Of a stretch of 64,000 nt of DNA, positions 1 to 13,900 are shown piece by piece (the stretch's first letter is position 1; each line of letters begins with the position of its first letter). The stretch is from the NCBI GenBank assembly GCA_044892505.1, contig CM097884.1, forward strand, positions 36,642,001-36,706,000, written 5' to 3'. The DNA is from Schmidtea nova (lineage: Eukaryota). Made by a program: the position numbers and the translations under genes. The notes below the pieces were generated by a model. It worked only from the letters and a program-made list of their open reading frames with translations, was not told where the DNA came from and made no database searches.

Positions 1-500
1 AGACATTTACCCCATGTGAATTTGGAACATTTAAATAGCATTTTGCATTTTTGGGACTATAACCATATTTTGAACGCAAATGGAGATTAAATCCACATTC
101 GTCGATGTAGTATAGATTTTGATCCATTATATTTCTAATGTCTGCTGCGAACCTAGAGCGTAATACCTTATTGGCAATGAATTCCTACTTGCGGGCACAA
201 TCGTCATAACTTTTCTAGAATAGCTCATCTTCTTTATTAATCTAAAGCAGCTTGTTATACTACTTCTTATTGAATTAGACCTTAAGGTATCCGCCATATC
301 TTGCAATGTGGAGCCTGGAGCTTCTGTTAACTTCGAAGCAAGTAGATCCCTCCCCACGATTTTTGATTTAGTTTTTAGTGCTTTTTTATCGGAAAATGAT
401 TTTCAAGTGTTCAAATCTACGAAACTTCCATTTTCATAATTTCGTCTGAGCCTTTGCAATGTTGATTTACTAACTTTCAAAATTCGCATCATTTCCTTTG
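1..500 (-). mobile_element. Decayed IS630/Tc1-type (DDE_3) transposase fragment
   Basis: Minus-strand translation near the window start gives YIDECGFNLHLRSKYGYSPKNAKCYLNVPNSHGVNVS (first catalytic Asp motif), preceded by an HTH-like region with stops and a frameshift. Confidence 0.6.
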
Positions 501-719
501 GTTAATTTCTCCCTCTACTAGACTAATATTCGTTGAAATGGTTTCTTTTGTAAGTTCCTTTCTTGGTTTCCTATTCCCCGAAGGTAGAGATTCCCTTTCT
601 GTTACTTCTTCTTCGTTGTTCCGCCTAACCATAATTAAAATAAAAATATAAATATAAATATAAATGCTCGTTACAATTTAAAATCATTGAGTAATGAAAA
701 TTTTTTAAAAATTAAAAGC

Positions 720-845
720 GGGTCAATAAAACTGAAAAAAGGGGTCAATAAAAATGAAAAAAGGGTCAATAAAAATGAAAAAAGGGTCAATAAAAATGAA
801 AAAAGGGTCAATAAAAATGGAAAAAGGGGCCAATAATAATGGAAA
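720..845 (+). repeat. ~21-bp tandem repeat (AAAAAGGGTCAATAAAAATG), about 6 copies
   Basis: Visible directly; possibly subterminal repeats of a transposon. Confidence 0.8.
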
Positions 846-2364
846 ACCCTGTATTGTTATACATTTTTAATAAGCTCGAGCTTTTTAACCAAATAGTTCG
901 AGCTTTATGACTCGAGCCAGCTCGAGCCAGCAGCTCTACTTATTATTATAAAAGAAATTTATTTCTATTTGTGGTGAATTAGATTTTTAAACAGTTCATT
1001 ACAATTAAAGCAATCGCTACAATCATTAAAAAAAATTCAAATTTAAAAATAATTTGGTTTTAAAGTTGTCGAAATAAAATGAAGCCACTTTGACTTGTGC
1101 AATGAGCCAGAAAACCAAAAGACTATCAATACCACTGGAGATGAACGTAGCGAAAGCACTTATAAATTATGAAGATGAATTATGTCAGACTTAATCACTT
1201 GAGCCAAGTTTGGAAAAGGGTAAATTTAGTAGAGATCAAGAAATATTTTAATAAACATGTGGGATAACATGACTTAAAGACAATGAAATAGTAGATTGAA
1301 AATTAAATCTACAATGTGGAGACATGACAACCAAGCCAAGACAAAAGAAATTAAAAGAAATTGAATTGTTATTTTTCTCTGGACAGCCATATGAATATTG
1401 TAAGACTAATTATTCAACTTCCTTGCTGGAATAATTATAAGAAATTTTTACAAAATTTTTTTTCTTTCTTATCTTTTTCATTTACATTTGGAATTATAGT
1501 CAACTTTTCGTCTATTAGAATGGATTTTGATCCAACCAGTTTTATCTTCAGATGCTTTGATTAAGGTTGACCAATAACATCTTGTTTTTCTTAATTTAAG
1601 AAAATTTATATGACAATATCGTGATCGGTATAAATTTACTGGAATTCTCTAATTACACTTTGCTGTGAAATTCAAAATTAATTTCATGTTTAAAAAAATC
1701 CTGTAATATCGCTAAATAAGAATGATTATTTTTTAAAATTTATTGCTACTTGTAAAGGTGATCTACATTATGAAAATATGTCTTTACATCAAATAATGAT
1801 CAAAATAGTGATTACTTAATTTAGAAAAAAATATCTAAAAATAAATTACGACATCATTTTTTATTCTTTCAGACTGGATTAATAGGTTTCAATTTAATAT
1901 AAATTTTTAGCACTTCCTTTTTCAAGTGAAATAACACTTGAACAGAAGAAGTTCGGGAAATTTATGTTAAACTGAAAACATATATGGTTTATAGTCTAAA
2001 AGATGAAATCATTTTTCATTTATTTTATTTAATTTAAATCTGTTAATTTTATTTCACAATACATATTATAAAAATTTGTATTTTTTGCTGGAATTGTCAA
2101 TTAATTATTTTAATTTATTTTTAAATATTTTATTAATTTTTATTTTTAATTTTCCTTATTTTAAATTATCGATCAATATTTTTTATATTTTTAGATTTAA
2201 CAAAAATTTTCGNNNNNNNNNNNNNNNNNNNNNNNNNNNNNNNNNNNNNNNNNNNNNNNNNNNNNNNNNNNNNNNNNNNNNNNNNNNNNNNNNNNNNNNN
2301 NNNNNNNNNNNNNNNNNNNNNNNNNNNNNNNNNNNNNNNNNNNNATTATTTTAAATTTGATTAG

Positions 2365-2803
2365 GTTCCGTATTTCTTCAATCTGTCAGTTCTTTTGAAG
2401 AAGTATACAAAGAATATTGTATTAACTATGATAGAAAATTAGATTTGATAAGTAAAGTAAGAAAGACCTAAATCATGTTTTCAAATCAATCTAATTTAAT
2501 TTAGAAAAGCAAAATTTCAAACTTTACTGACTTTATCAGTGAAGGTTTAAATAGGTTGAATGATCTCGGAGTGTTTACAAGTACTTTGGATATGATGCTG
2601 GTAAAACCATTGCAAAGATTTTTAAAATACCCTTTGTTTTTAAAAACTATAATCGAGGTTATTATTAATTAATTAATAATTATTTAATTAGCATTAGAAC
2701 ACACTATCCGACCATCTAGATTTAAATGATTTACATGCAGCGTCTTCCGAATTCGATGTATTAGCTCAAAAGATAAACGAGAAAAAAAGATTTGAAGAAT
2801 TAA
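2365..2803 (+). CDS. DNMBP: DNMBP/Tuba-family RhoGEF, DH-domain exons 2365-2456, 2505-2657, 2698-2803
   Basis: Spliced translation SVFLQSVSSFEEVYKEYCINYDRKL...TLDMMLVKPLQRFLKYPLFLKTIIE-NTLSDHLDLNDLHAA...QKINEKKRFEEL matches DH conserved region 3 and the INExKR end of Tuba/ARHGEF37/38. GT-AG introns of 48 and 40 nt are phase-consistent. Upstream exons were not resolved. The symbol is family-level. Confidence 0.82.
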
Positions 2804-2883
2804 GTATGTTTGTAGAAATTTTTAAATATTTGACAAGTGTTTTCCAAATATTTTGAAAAACACCAAGTTTATTAAACATAAAA

Positions 2884-3925
2884 ACCATATATTTCGACTA
2901 AATATCAGTCTTTTTCAGGTCAGCAATCAGAATAATAAATAGATAATACGAAATATTCAAACAAATTAATCAATAATAATAATCTTTATCAAATTGCATC
3001 AAAATTCAATTTTTTAAAATAAATTCTTCACATAAAATTTTCAAATTAATTTTTATATAAAAATATTTTTAAAAAACACAAAATGTAAAAAAATGAAAAA
3101 TATTCTCAAAAACAAACATACTTATACCAAAAACACAATTTGCAAAATACAACACCCAGTTACTTAAACACATTCAAAATATCTTTGGAACGAGTAAATT
3201 GATTTAAATATCTAATCAAAAATGAAAAATATTCTCAAAAACAAACATACTTATACCAAAAACACAATTTGCAAAATACAACACCCAGTTACTTAAACAC
3301 ATTCAAAATATCTTTGGAACGAGTAAATTGATTTAAATATCTAATCAAAAATGTTTCACAAGTTACTCGTTCCCAATAATTAGTCAAACTTTTTACAATA
3401 ATCTTTAAATCAGAGATACCTATTTTTTATTGGCACATTTCCTAAAATGATCACTAATAATAGTCAATCCTTTTGGTCGGCAATGCTCAAGAACTCGGGT
3501 GCAGAGATGACGGGCAGTCTCTCCAATGTATGTGGCATTACACCCTTTAAATGAAAATTGATACACGAGCTCATAACACAAACCAAGTGGCGTTGGGCAT
3601 TTATTAGTGAACATACTGCTAGCTTTGCAAGACTACATGTTTGAGAATCTTTTGCTTAAATTATCTAAAGCCCTTAGAATAAGGTAATACCAACACATAT
3701 TTCGTATCAGTGCGATTAGATCGATTTCCGTGTCTTTTTAAAAATTTTTATGTAAAAATTTATTTTAAAATTTTATGTGAAGAATTTATTTTTAAAAAAA
3801 TTGAATTTTGATGAAATTTGAAGATCATTATTATTGATTAGTTTGTTTGAATGTCTCGTATTATTATTTATTATCTTGTTTGCTGGCCTGAAGAAGACTG
3901 ATATTTGGTCGAAATATATAGCATT
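2884..3925 (-). mobile_element. Penelope-like retroelement remnant: GIY-YIG fragment (3420-3614) between ~190-bp inverted repeats
   Basis: LVYQFSFKGCNATYIGETARHLCTRVLEH is a PLE GIY-YIG motif. 2884-3080 is the reverse complement of ~3730-3921. An internal 129-bp tandem duplication lies at ~3089-3346. Confidence 0.7.
3880..3925 (+). ncRNA. Minimal hammerhead ribozyme motif, Penelope type
   Basis: CTGAAGA-A-GAC-tgatatttg-GTC-GAAA-TATATA: catalytic core, 3-bp stem II and palindromic stem III. A degenerate inverted copy is at ~2886-2925. Confidence 0.55.
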
Positions 3926-4000
3926 ATGTTGACTATACTTAGTGGAAGTTTTTCAATTATTAAACCATTGTTATGTTATGTTGATTATATATATATATAT

Positions 4001-5794
4001 ATAACGAACTGGTAGCAACTTTGATTTGGTTTGAATTAGTTTATAGGTAACCTTTTCTCGGTTATAGCGAACCTTTTTCTTAATTTAAGATTTAAGATTT
4101 TTAATTCTCTAATTTTCATTATTTAATATTGATTAATTAAATTAATTAATTCGCCATTTAATTCGTTTTTCGAATAATACAAATTATTATATAACAATAA
4201 TTATTGAAATTTCTATTTAAATTAAATTTTCCTGTCATTCTCGAATAAACCCTTATTGAAATTTAAACAATCAAAGGGAGGATCATCTCAATTCGTGAAA
4301 AGTTTGAAATTATCCGTGAATTGGAAAGAGGGGAAACAAATTCGCAGGCTTGTAAGAAATACAAGCATTGATTCAATGGTTTAAAGTGCAGAGGGATTAT
4401 GGATGCCCCATTAATGGTCCGATTTTAAAGATTCAGGCAATTAGAGTATGATGATTTTACATGCAGTAATGGATGGCTTGATCGATTTAAAATCAGAAAC
4501 AATATTGTCTATGGTAAAATCAGCATTAAAGCTCTTTCGACAAATACGGATGTTGCAAGTAATTGGGTCAAATCAATTTGGCTCTATCTAAAAAAAAGAT
4601 TTTAACGAAGAGAACATCTACAATGCAGATGAAACTGGATTGTTTTACAACTTAACACTCGAAATGACCTTTAAATTCCGAAATGAAAAATGTGTTGGTG
4701 GAAAACAAATTCTGAACCGACTGACTGCTTTGGTCTGTGCAAACATGACTGGTACAGACAAAAACAACTTTTGTAATTGGGAAATTGCAAAACCCCCGAT
4801 GTTTTAAAAATGTTTAAAAAAACTGCCTGTTGAGTATACGGCAAACAAAAAAGTATGGAGGACTTCTGAAATTTTTGAAAATTACCTGAGAAGGTGGAAC
4901 AAAGAGTTGCAAAAAAAGAAAGATTTTACTTTTAGTTGACAACTGCTGCCCTGTTCATCCGAAAATACCCAGCCTAACCAATATCAAATTAGTTTTTCTT
5001 CCACTAAATGGAACTGCAATCTTTCAGCAAATGTATATGGGTGTAATAAAAAATCTGAAAGATTTTTTCCTAAGATTTCTTGTTTTTCTATTGATTGAAA
5101 GAAAGGAGACAGGAAAAGATGATAAAATCACTCTTTTGGATGCAATTCGCATGATAAAAGACGCTTGGGACAATGTCAATCCTCTGACAATTTCAAACTG
5201 TTTCAAGAAATCAGGTTTAAATTTAGAGACAGTTTCAAAAATTGAAGGTTTTGATGAGGAAGATTTGGATGAAGAAGACCTTTTTTTGTCACTGCGGTTA
5301 AAAACGAAAGGAATTAATAATTTTTCTCATGTTAAAGACTTTGATGACTTTGTACATGTTGATGATGATTTAGTTACAATTGTAATTTCATCAGATGAAG
5401 ATATCCTTCAATCAATTCTTCATAAAGAAGACAGTGAAGACGAAGCTGACAATGTTGAGGAAATAAAACCAGTTGTTTCGCTTTGACAGGCACAAGCAGC
5501 TTTAAAAATCCTAACACAATTTTCAGAGTGCAACAACACACCCGATCTGTTTTTATGGCAATCTCCGTCATCAGAAGAAATATAAGACACTTTAAGTTGA
5601 AGTTTATGAAGCAGAAATCCATTTTAAGTTATTTAAATAAATGAATGATTAAATATGCGTCGAATTTTTTATTTTTTGAATTTAATTTTGAACAAAGTCT
5701 ATTTTCCGGTTATAACGAACCCTGGTTATAACGAACTCTAGTTTTAACGAACAAAATATCTTGGTCCCATGCAGTTCGTTATAACCGAGTTTGA

Positions 5795-5797
<3 letters not shown>
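4001..5797 (+). mobile_element. Tigger/pogo DNA transposon with pseudogenized transposase (~4270-5620)
   Basis: CENP-B-like HTH (ISIREKFEIIRELERG), FTCSNGWLDRFKIRNNI and IYNADETGLFY motifs, multiple stops and frameshifts. Right TIR ...GTTCGTTATAACCGAGTTTGACTG-TA; left TIR partial; (TA)n on both flanks. Confidence 0.9.
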
Positions 5798-5841
<44 letters not shown>

Positions 5842-7689
5842 GCCTATATCTGTCATTTGTTCGTCTGCCCGTCTAAGTAGTTTTCAAAATCTACTACTGA
5901 CATTTATTAGAAGATAAATACAAAAATTAATCATTAATATATATATACTATGTAATATATACTATACTAGGCTTATTATCCGGCTTCGTTCGAGCTATGA
6001 TCTTACTCATACTTTATTCATTGCAATCAATTATACATATTACGCTCATTTTCTTCCAAATCACAAATATGTGTTTTTTTTACTGGAATACGACTGCTTA
6101 TCTACTACACTTCTAGAATGCTTGTGTTCTATAAATAGAATATATAGTTGTATTTCCTAACTTCATCCTATTTGTATTGAACTTTCAAATGTAGACACCG
6201 GAAATACAAATATTTGTGTCTGCATTAATATATTACTATATGATGTCACATGCTAAAAATATCACAATAGAAATGGCAGCCAGAAAGGCATGTGCAAATG
6301 TTGCGTGGCTACTGTTCACCGCCTGGAAGGTGTTCTTGTGATAAACACAACAATAGGTAGAGAAACTCAATCATTTCCCGTCTTATCTTGTAGATTGTTT
6401 AAATTGTGAAAAAAATTTAAAAATTTAAAAATTTGATTGTGTCATATCTGTCAAATGACGCATATTGCAATAGAATATTGTACAAAGAATTTATCACTAA
6501 TGTTCAAACACTAACAATTTTGATTCTAAATGTCTATATATAGAAAGCGCAAATGTAACGAAAAGAATTAGACATTTTAAATATTTTAAAATTCAGTATA
6601 CGTAACTTAAAATTATTTTCTATACATTTTACTAGTGAGAATCACGCCAGAAATTGTGATTTTTGATTTCTGGAAAATCGAGAAAACAGACTTTTGAAGT
6701 AATAAATTACGCCATACACTACTTTTTAAAAACTAATAAAGAACCACGTAGGGAATTATATGAGATAGAAAGTTGGAAATTGAAAAGCTAATTTTAAATT
6801 TAGGAAGAAGTAGCACCCACAAAATTTAGTTAAAAGTTAAAAATAGCACATTCCACCTAGAAATATCAGTTAGAATGACATTTGCAAATGTTGCGTCGTT
6901 ATTGTTCACCGTTTCGGAGAAGTTCTTGTGACAGACAGACANNNNNNNNNNNNNNNNNNNNNNNNNNNNNNNNNNNNNNNNNNNNNNNNNNNNNNNNNNN
7001 NNNNNNNNNNNNNNNNNNNNNNNNNNNNNNNNNNNNNNNNNNNNNNNNNNNNNNNNNNNNNNNNNNNNNNNNNNNNNNNNNNNNNNNCCTTTGCTGCAAA
7101 AATCTGTTATTAAGTGAAAATTTTCGATTATAAAATAATCATTATCAACTGGAATCTTCACCGTGTTTTGCTGTTTCTTTCCCATGAATTATATCCTTAT
7201 TATTGGATATAAATTTGATTATTATAAATTTTAAATTTTAAAATCTTTTTAGTTAAAAATTTAAAATGAAAAATAAAAACTTTGAAATTTAAAAGTTTTT
7301 AAAATAAATATAAATCTTATAATTTTTTTAAAAAAAATTCTCAATTTTAAAGCAAAAAAATTATCTTTTTTAAGATTCAATTTTTTTTGTTCAGTTTGTA
7401 TTTTATATTTTAATTTTCTAACCGTTATATTTGTAATTTTAAATTAATTTAATTATATATCTCTTTGAAATACCCATATATTTTCTGTACTTTCTGTTTT
7501 TCCCTATTTCTTTTTCTCCTTTTTAGAACAAAAATGTTTTTTTCAATAATGTAGTAAGTGGGCAATTTCGCTAACTTCCTCTTTAGAGTTAATTTTTGAG
7601 TGTTTGTTTCTATTTGAGAATAGCTTCTTTAAGTGTAAGATTTTTTTCATCGTTCAACCTTTGTTAATATTCTTACTGATATTAAATTA

Positions 7690-7830
7690 TCTTTATTTTC
7701 TTTCCGACATTGGTGAAGATGTCTAAATACAGATGACTTTTCACCAGGATCAAGATGTTCTTTAATTCTCTGATGCAAAGTCCAAAGGGTGCTTCCGATG
7801 TAAATTTCTTCGCATTTACCAAAGAATCAC
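7690..7830 (-). mobile_element. Second Penelope-like GIY-YIG endonuclease fragment
   Basis: Minus strand reads CEEIYIGSTLWTLHQRIKEHLDPGEKSSVFRHLHQC. Confidence 0.6.
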
Positions 7831-9368
7831 CATTATAGATATATTATTGAAAATAAATAAAATCAGTTATTTGTTTTTATCGGCTTTTCATCAAAGGTGA
7901 AAACTTTAAAAATTTTAAAAACAAATAAATTAATACTTAACTTGAATTAAAATTTTTTTTCTTAGTCATATTGCTTCATACTTGAACTACCAAAGCTGAT
8001 TGTATCGAAATTAATTAATGTAGTTAAATTGAAAATAAAATTATATTTTACTTATTTTAATGCTATATTAAAAATTCTTATATATTCTTATAACAATACA
8101 TACGTAGGGCTGTTAGTAACTTGTGAGACTTATATAAACAAAATTGCTGACTGATGTCAAAATTTCCTTATATTTGTTTTTTTATAACGATGGGTTAACA
8201 CAATTCTGGTGTAAATTTAAAATATCACTGTTCATCACAAAACACAATTTAAAGAGGTTATAACAATTACTAGGATGGTAGAACCTCTGTTATCGAAAAC
8301 GAAAAACCAGGAAGACCTTATGAAATTATTATGAAATTATTAAAGTTTAAAACAATCATACAAAAAAGAAAGAAGAATTATGTCCAAAGAATTAGCAATA
8401 TTTCTGAATGTGAGTAAATGTACCATTTATACTTTACTTGTACCAATGGTCTTACACAGCCGAAATTCACCGTTTTGAAATAGACAAGGAGAATTTAAAG
8501 ATTTAAAGTATTTAAAGATTTTTAATGTTTTGGTGACCATCATTAGGACAACATAACAACCATGAATAAAATTCCACTTGCACTCTATGTCTCAGGGTCA
8601 AATCAAGAATTTCAAAATGGAAATTCCTAGGAGAGCTAGGTCAAAGAAAATGAGGTTATAAACCAGTTACTAAAAATATTGTCAAGATTGACAGTGCCTA
8701 CTACTCGAGCCTCGTACAAAGTTCCTGGATGCTCAGAAAAGAATTTTAGGTCTCTAAACTGTATTATTTGTATGATAATGCTGCCATTCACACAAATGTT
8801 GTTTCGACATCAAAAATTGAGAGCTGTGGACTTCAACATTCCTCCAACATCTTTCCGCAGTCCTGGTCAGTTCCCATCTAATAAATACAAGTTCAACCAC
8901 CTTATGAAGAGCTTGATAGATCAGAGCATTTCTTCCAAAGAGAATTTGAGATATGCAATGATGATAATTTTCAATGAAAAGTCTCCTGACTTCTTCAAAA
9001 TCGCATTCCTGAACTTGGCTAACAGCTGCAAATAATGTGTTGATGTAATAAGAGATTGTTCTCAGAAATAAGATCCTTGATACTTGGTTTTTATGGAAAA
9101 ATCATTCTTTTTGATGTGAGTCTTACCACTTATTGGGCACACCAAGTATAAGAATTAAATTAATTTAAATTAAAAAATGTAAAATCTGTCATTTTGATAT
9201 GTAAGTTTTATTGTTAAAAATCCTTTGAGAATTTAGTATATTTTAAATGATAATTAGGAAAGAACTTTAAGTTGATTCATTATAAACGAAACTCTGCAAA
9301 TCTAGCATGACTTTCGAAACTGTAATTAGTAACACTGATTTATATTATTTGTCATTTTCATCTTGTAG

Positions 9369-9751
9369 GACAATTAACATTTGACAGAACTGAAAAATGG
9401 CACATGAGAACTATTCATGCGATTCAGAAGAAACCAAAAAGAGTTATTGCGTCCATATCTGGTGCCGTTCAAAACGAAGACATCGAATACCAAGAAACAG
9501 TTATAAAATTTAAAGAACTAAAAAAATGTATTTCCTTTTTCATTGACACCGTATTTATTCTTCGAGACAATTTAAAAGTAACTGAAAATATTTAAATAAT
9601 AATGTTACAATATATAAATCAGGAAATCCTTAACCTATATTCGGCCATAACCGATGACTTGACATCTATTATAAAATCTAATTTCGGTTCCAAGCTGCAT
9701 TTCTACTTGGTGGCTTGTAAACGAGGCGAAACTGATTATTTTAAAACACAT
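9369..9751 (+). CDS. DNMBP: DNMBP/Tuba-family gene, BAR N-terminal exons 9369-9577 and 9623-9751
   Basis: MRTIHAIQKKPKRVIASISGAVQNEDIEYQETVIKFKELKKCISFFID resembles the Tuba BAR start. Phase-1 join with exon 2698-2803; 45-nt GT-AG intron. Confidence 0.75.
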
Positions 9752-10493
9752 GTAATAATATTTATTATTTTTACTATGAATTTTATTTGTTAGCATTTGA
9801 GGTTTGTGATGTCGACGAAATCTTAAATGTAAATACTATTCTTTTTGCACGAAATAGCACTTATCCACAAATTCTTTATACATGCATAAAATAATATTTT
9901 TGTAAATGCTTATGAAATAATCAAACGGTATTCTATAAGAATTTTCTACTTTGTTGTTGCTGGGGTTTTTTTGTCTTTGAAAATATTATCTCAACTTAGC
10001 AGTTCGTTTTTTTGTTACTTTCATCTCTTTTAATCCTGTTCTTGTTAAGAAAAATTCATAAATCTTTTCCTAGATAGAAGGTTTCGTCATTAGTTTGTGA
10101 AGATCAAAATATTCGTTATCGAATATNNNNNNNNNNNNNNNNNNNNNNNNNNNNNNNNNNNNNNNNNNNNNNNNNNNNNNNNNNNNNNNNNNNNNNNNNN
10201 NNNNNNNNNNNNNNNNNNNNNNNNNNNNNNNNNNNNNNNNNNNNNNNNNNNNNNNNNNNNNNNNNNNNAATGTAAAAAAAAATTAAAAAAAATTTTTTTT
10301 GATCTATAGTCATCATNNNNNNNNNNNNNNNNNNNNNNNNNNNNNNNNNNNNNNNNNNNNNNNNNNNNNNNNNNNNNNNNNNNNNNNNNNNNNNNNNNNN
10401 NNNNNNNNNNNNNNNNNNNNNNNNNNNNNNNNNNNNNNNNNNNNNNNNNNNNNNNNNNNNNNNNNNNNAATATGCTAAATTTAAACAAATTAA

Positions 10494-10763
10494 TCAATAA
10501 TAATCATCTCCATACTATATCAAAATTTTAATTTAAAAATTTAAAAATTTTATTTATTTTATTTTATTACATAAATATTTTTTTTATGTAATTTTATTAA
10601 ATTAAATTTTATTTTTAAAATAATATGTATGTTGTTCTATGTAAAATGTTTGTTTTTTAATTATATTTTAAAAAATTTATATGTAATAAAATAAATTAAA
10701 TTTTTAAATTTTTAAATTTTTAAATTAAAATTTTGATATAGTATGGAGATTATTATTATTGAT
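10494..10763. repeat. AT-rich inverted repeat (arms ~10494-10580 and ~10681-10763) flanked by N gaps
   Basis: AATCAATAATAATCATCTCCATACTATATCAAAATTTTAATTT recurs as its reverse complement. Confidence 0.7.
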
Positions 10764-11869
10764 TAATAATAATATTATAANNNNNNNNNNNNNNNNNNNN
10801 NNNNNNNNNNNNNNNNNNNNNNNNNNNNNNNNNNNNNNNNNNNNNNNNNNNNNNNNNNNNNNNNNNNNNNNNNNNNNNNNNNNNNNNNNNNNNNNNNNNN
10901 NNNNNNNNNNNNNNNNNNNNNNNNNNNNNNNNNNNNNNNNNNNNNNNNNNNNNNNNNNNNNNNNNNNNNNNNNNNNNNNNNNNNNNNNNNNNNNNNNNNN
11001 NNNNNNNNNNNNNNNNNNNNNNNNNNNNNNNNNNNNNNNNNNNNNNNNNNNNNNNNNNNNNNNNNNNNNNNNNNNNNNNNNNNNNNNNNNNNNNNNNNNN
11101 NNNNNNNNNNNNNNNNNNNNNNNNNNNNNNNNNNNNNNNNNNNNNNNNNNNNNNNNNNNNNNNNNNNNNNNNNNNNNNNNNNNNNNNNNNNNNNNNNNNN
11201 NNNNNNNNNNNNNNNNNNNNNNNNNNNNNNNNNNNNNNNNNNNNNNNNNNNNNNNTCTTCGAAATAGCTACGGATAAGATTTTAATAAAAACATTAAAAT
11301 TTCAAAGTGAGATTTATTCTTGAGAATTCATTAAAAGAGCTTTTTTATGAAAGAATTATTCTAATTTTGTATAGGGAAGTAGTTTTTTTTAATTTTTTTA
11401 AATGTTTTTGTTTAAAAAAAGAGCATTTTATTAATTAAAAACTTTGAATCTGATTTTTTTAAAATTTTTTTAAAAAAGCACATTTGAATTACTGAAAATT
11501 ATTAAATAATAAAAATGTAAATTTTATTTAATATATCTCAAGAATAAATCTTAATTTATTTCAATTATCATCATTAAATCAGAATTCAGGAGAAAGAAAA
11601 TATCCAGAAAGAAGTGGGAAGTTATTTGGAAAGAATTTCGTATTGGAGTGATCAGGATCTTTTTAAGATTGAAATATTTCATCTAAATAAACATTGCGGA
11701 GAAGGCTTAACANNNNNNNNNNNNNNNNNNNNNNNNNNNNNNNNNNNNNNNNNNNNNNNNNNNNNNNNNNNNNNNNNNNNNNNNNNNNNNNNNNNNNNNN
11801 NNNNNNNNNNNNNNNNNNNNNNNNNNNNNNNNNNNNNNNNNNTTTCTGTGACATAACTATAAACAAATG

Positions 11870-12075
11870 AATATTGGCGAAGATATCAGATTTGACAACC
11901 ACATCAAGCTTATTAAACATAGTGAGGGAAAAAATAGCTTACTTTAAGGAACAAAATATTAAAGGAAAAAAATTAGGCAAAGTTTTAAAGTATATCTCAA
12001 CGATTCGCCCAACCAGCGTAGGGACTGAAAAAAGATTTCTCTGCAGCTGTTGTAATTGGTATAAACTGTAGATCG
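11870..12075 (+). mobile_element. hAT transposase C-terminal dimerization-domain fragment
   Basis: LKYISTIRPTSVGTEKRF resembles the hAT IPxTSVxxERxFS motif. Confidence 0.5.
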
Positions 12076-12356
12076 AGTTTGAATGATGAAACATAATGAT
12101 AGATCATAATTATTAATTATTCCTAAAACATATTCATATAAAATATTCATATTCATGAACCTAATAAATATATTTATTAAATATTTATATAATATTTAAT
12201 TATTTATTCAAATGGCCTGAAAATAACATGACTAATAAAAAATAACATTTAAACAAAATTTATGTAAGTTACAAAAACACACTACAAAAAACAATTGAAT
12301 GAAACCAGGTCTGTTGTGTGATTGGGTAAATTTATTTGCAACGTTTTCTTTTAAAC

Positions 12357-12596
12357 CAGTGATTTTCAATGTGTGCTCCGGGGAGCCCTGGAGCTCCATG
12401 GTAATATAATAAGCTTTTAGGCTATATGCAAATTAAAACAACCTTATTCATCTCATTAAGGTTAAACAGCAATGAAAACTAAAACGGTATGCGTTATAAA
12501 TAATTTCTTTAATATTTTTGCGCTTTCTAGCATAGGGGCTCCATTTTTCAAAAGATTGAAAAGGGTTCATTTGTAAAAAATGTTTGAAAAACGCTG
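12357..12596. mobile_element. hAT (Charlie-like) MITE
   Basis: Termini CAGTGATTTTCAA...TTGAAAAACGCTG; degenerate 8-bp TSD TTTTAAAC/CTTTAGAC. Confidence 0.6.
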
Positions 12597-12944
12597 CTTT
12601 AGACTAAACAGTTTAGAATAGTGAACATTAAATATGAAGTTCATGATGATTAAATAATAAGAATAATAAATAGAATAAGTATTCAATCACTGAAATTAAT
12701 TTCATGTTATATTTTAATTATTGAAATTCACATTTATGCTGACTTGCTAATTTTCAATCACTGATCAAATGCACTTCTCATTTTTATATTATTTTCTTTG
12801 AATGTCAATTATTAAAGCCACTCAAACAATTTGTTTATTCCGCTTATTGTCAGAGCTGCCCTAAGATCTTTGGTGCTCTTGATGGGTCTCAATTCCGTTG
12901 ATAAAAACTTATTAAATAAACATGGAAATGGTTCTTATTTATTT

Positions 12945-12983
<39 letters not shown>

Positions 12984-13172
12984 CATTATTTGCAATATAC
13001 CGAGATTAAAGCGTCGCAAATCAAGAAATAAAAATAAACAAATATTTTTACCTGCCATTATAAATTCTCCTCCGATTTTCTAGTTACTTCATTTTCCATT
13101 GAAATTATTGATAAGCCTGTAGAATTTTACTGAGTTCATTGATAATCAAGAATCAGTTTAATGATCTAATTA

Positions 13173-13900
13173 CACTGGGGAACATTTGGAAACTTTTTTT
13201 CGAGTGTTTTGATTTCATTATGTGATTCTGGTGTACTTTTTTATGCTGATCGTGAATATGAAATCCGTTTTTCTCTATCACGTCCAGTTTGTAAAAACTT
13301 TTGCATTTACTTTTCTATGAAAACGACGTTTTTGCCCCACACGTAATTTCTGTTCTTATATACACCCCATCTGTCCTAATTTAATTTCCATCTGCAAACT
13401 TCCAAACTGAGGAGAAGAACCTTTAAATATAGTACAATATATTTACCTATAAGAAATACAGAGGCCATAATCTTACATGACAGTCATTTATACTGTGAGA
13501 GAGGTGAAAATTGTCTTTTACGAGCTTGTCTTTTGTGAGCAGAACTACCATGTCGTTTTAGACACCAGCAGTAGTCAGCCATCGTGCTCACATTCCAAAT
13601 GCCTTGATATCGCTGTTCCATTTTGGCTATATCTTGGTGAAACCTCTCACCTTGTTCCTCACTGTAAGCACCTAAATTCTCGGGGAGGTAATCAAGGTGA
13701 GAGTGAAGAAAGTGCAGCTTTATACTCATTCGGCAGCCCAGTTTCTCATAACTGCGGATCAAATTCTCTACACACTGTTTATAATTTTGAACTTTGTTGT
13801 TGCCTAGAAATCCCTCCACGACTGACTTGAAATCTAGCCACGCTGCTTTCTCGACAGAGGTCATCATTGTGGTGAAAGAGATGTAATAATTATTAGTTGT
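13173..13900 (-). mobile_element. CMC/Chapaev-3-like transposase C-terminal fragment (ORF 13484-13867)
   Basis: MSIKLHFLHSHLDYLPENLGAYSEEQGERFHQDIAKMEQRYQGIW...MADYCW; CACTG terminus at 13173. The superfamily label is from recall. Confidence 0.6.

Noticed and set aside
5960-6945. Possible non-autonomous Helitron (ACTAG...CCGGCTTCG start, ACAGACAGAC repeat)
   Set aside because: Only loose resemblance; the 3' hairpin/CTRR end is not verifiable because of the gap.
8679-9035. 118-aa ORF
   Set aside because: No recognisable motif on either strand; probably decayed TE sequence in an intron.
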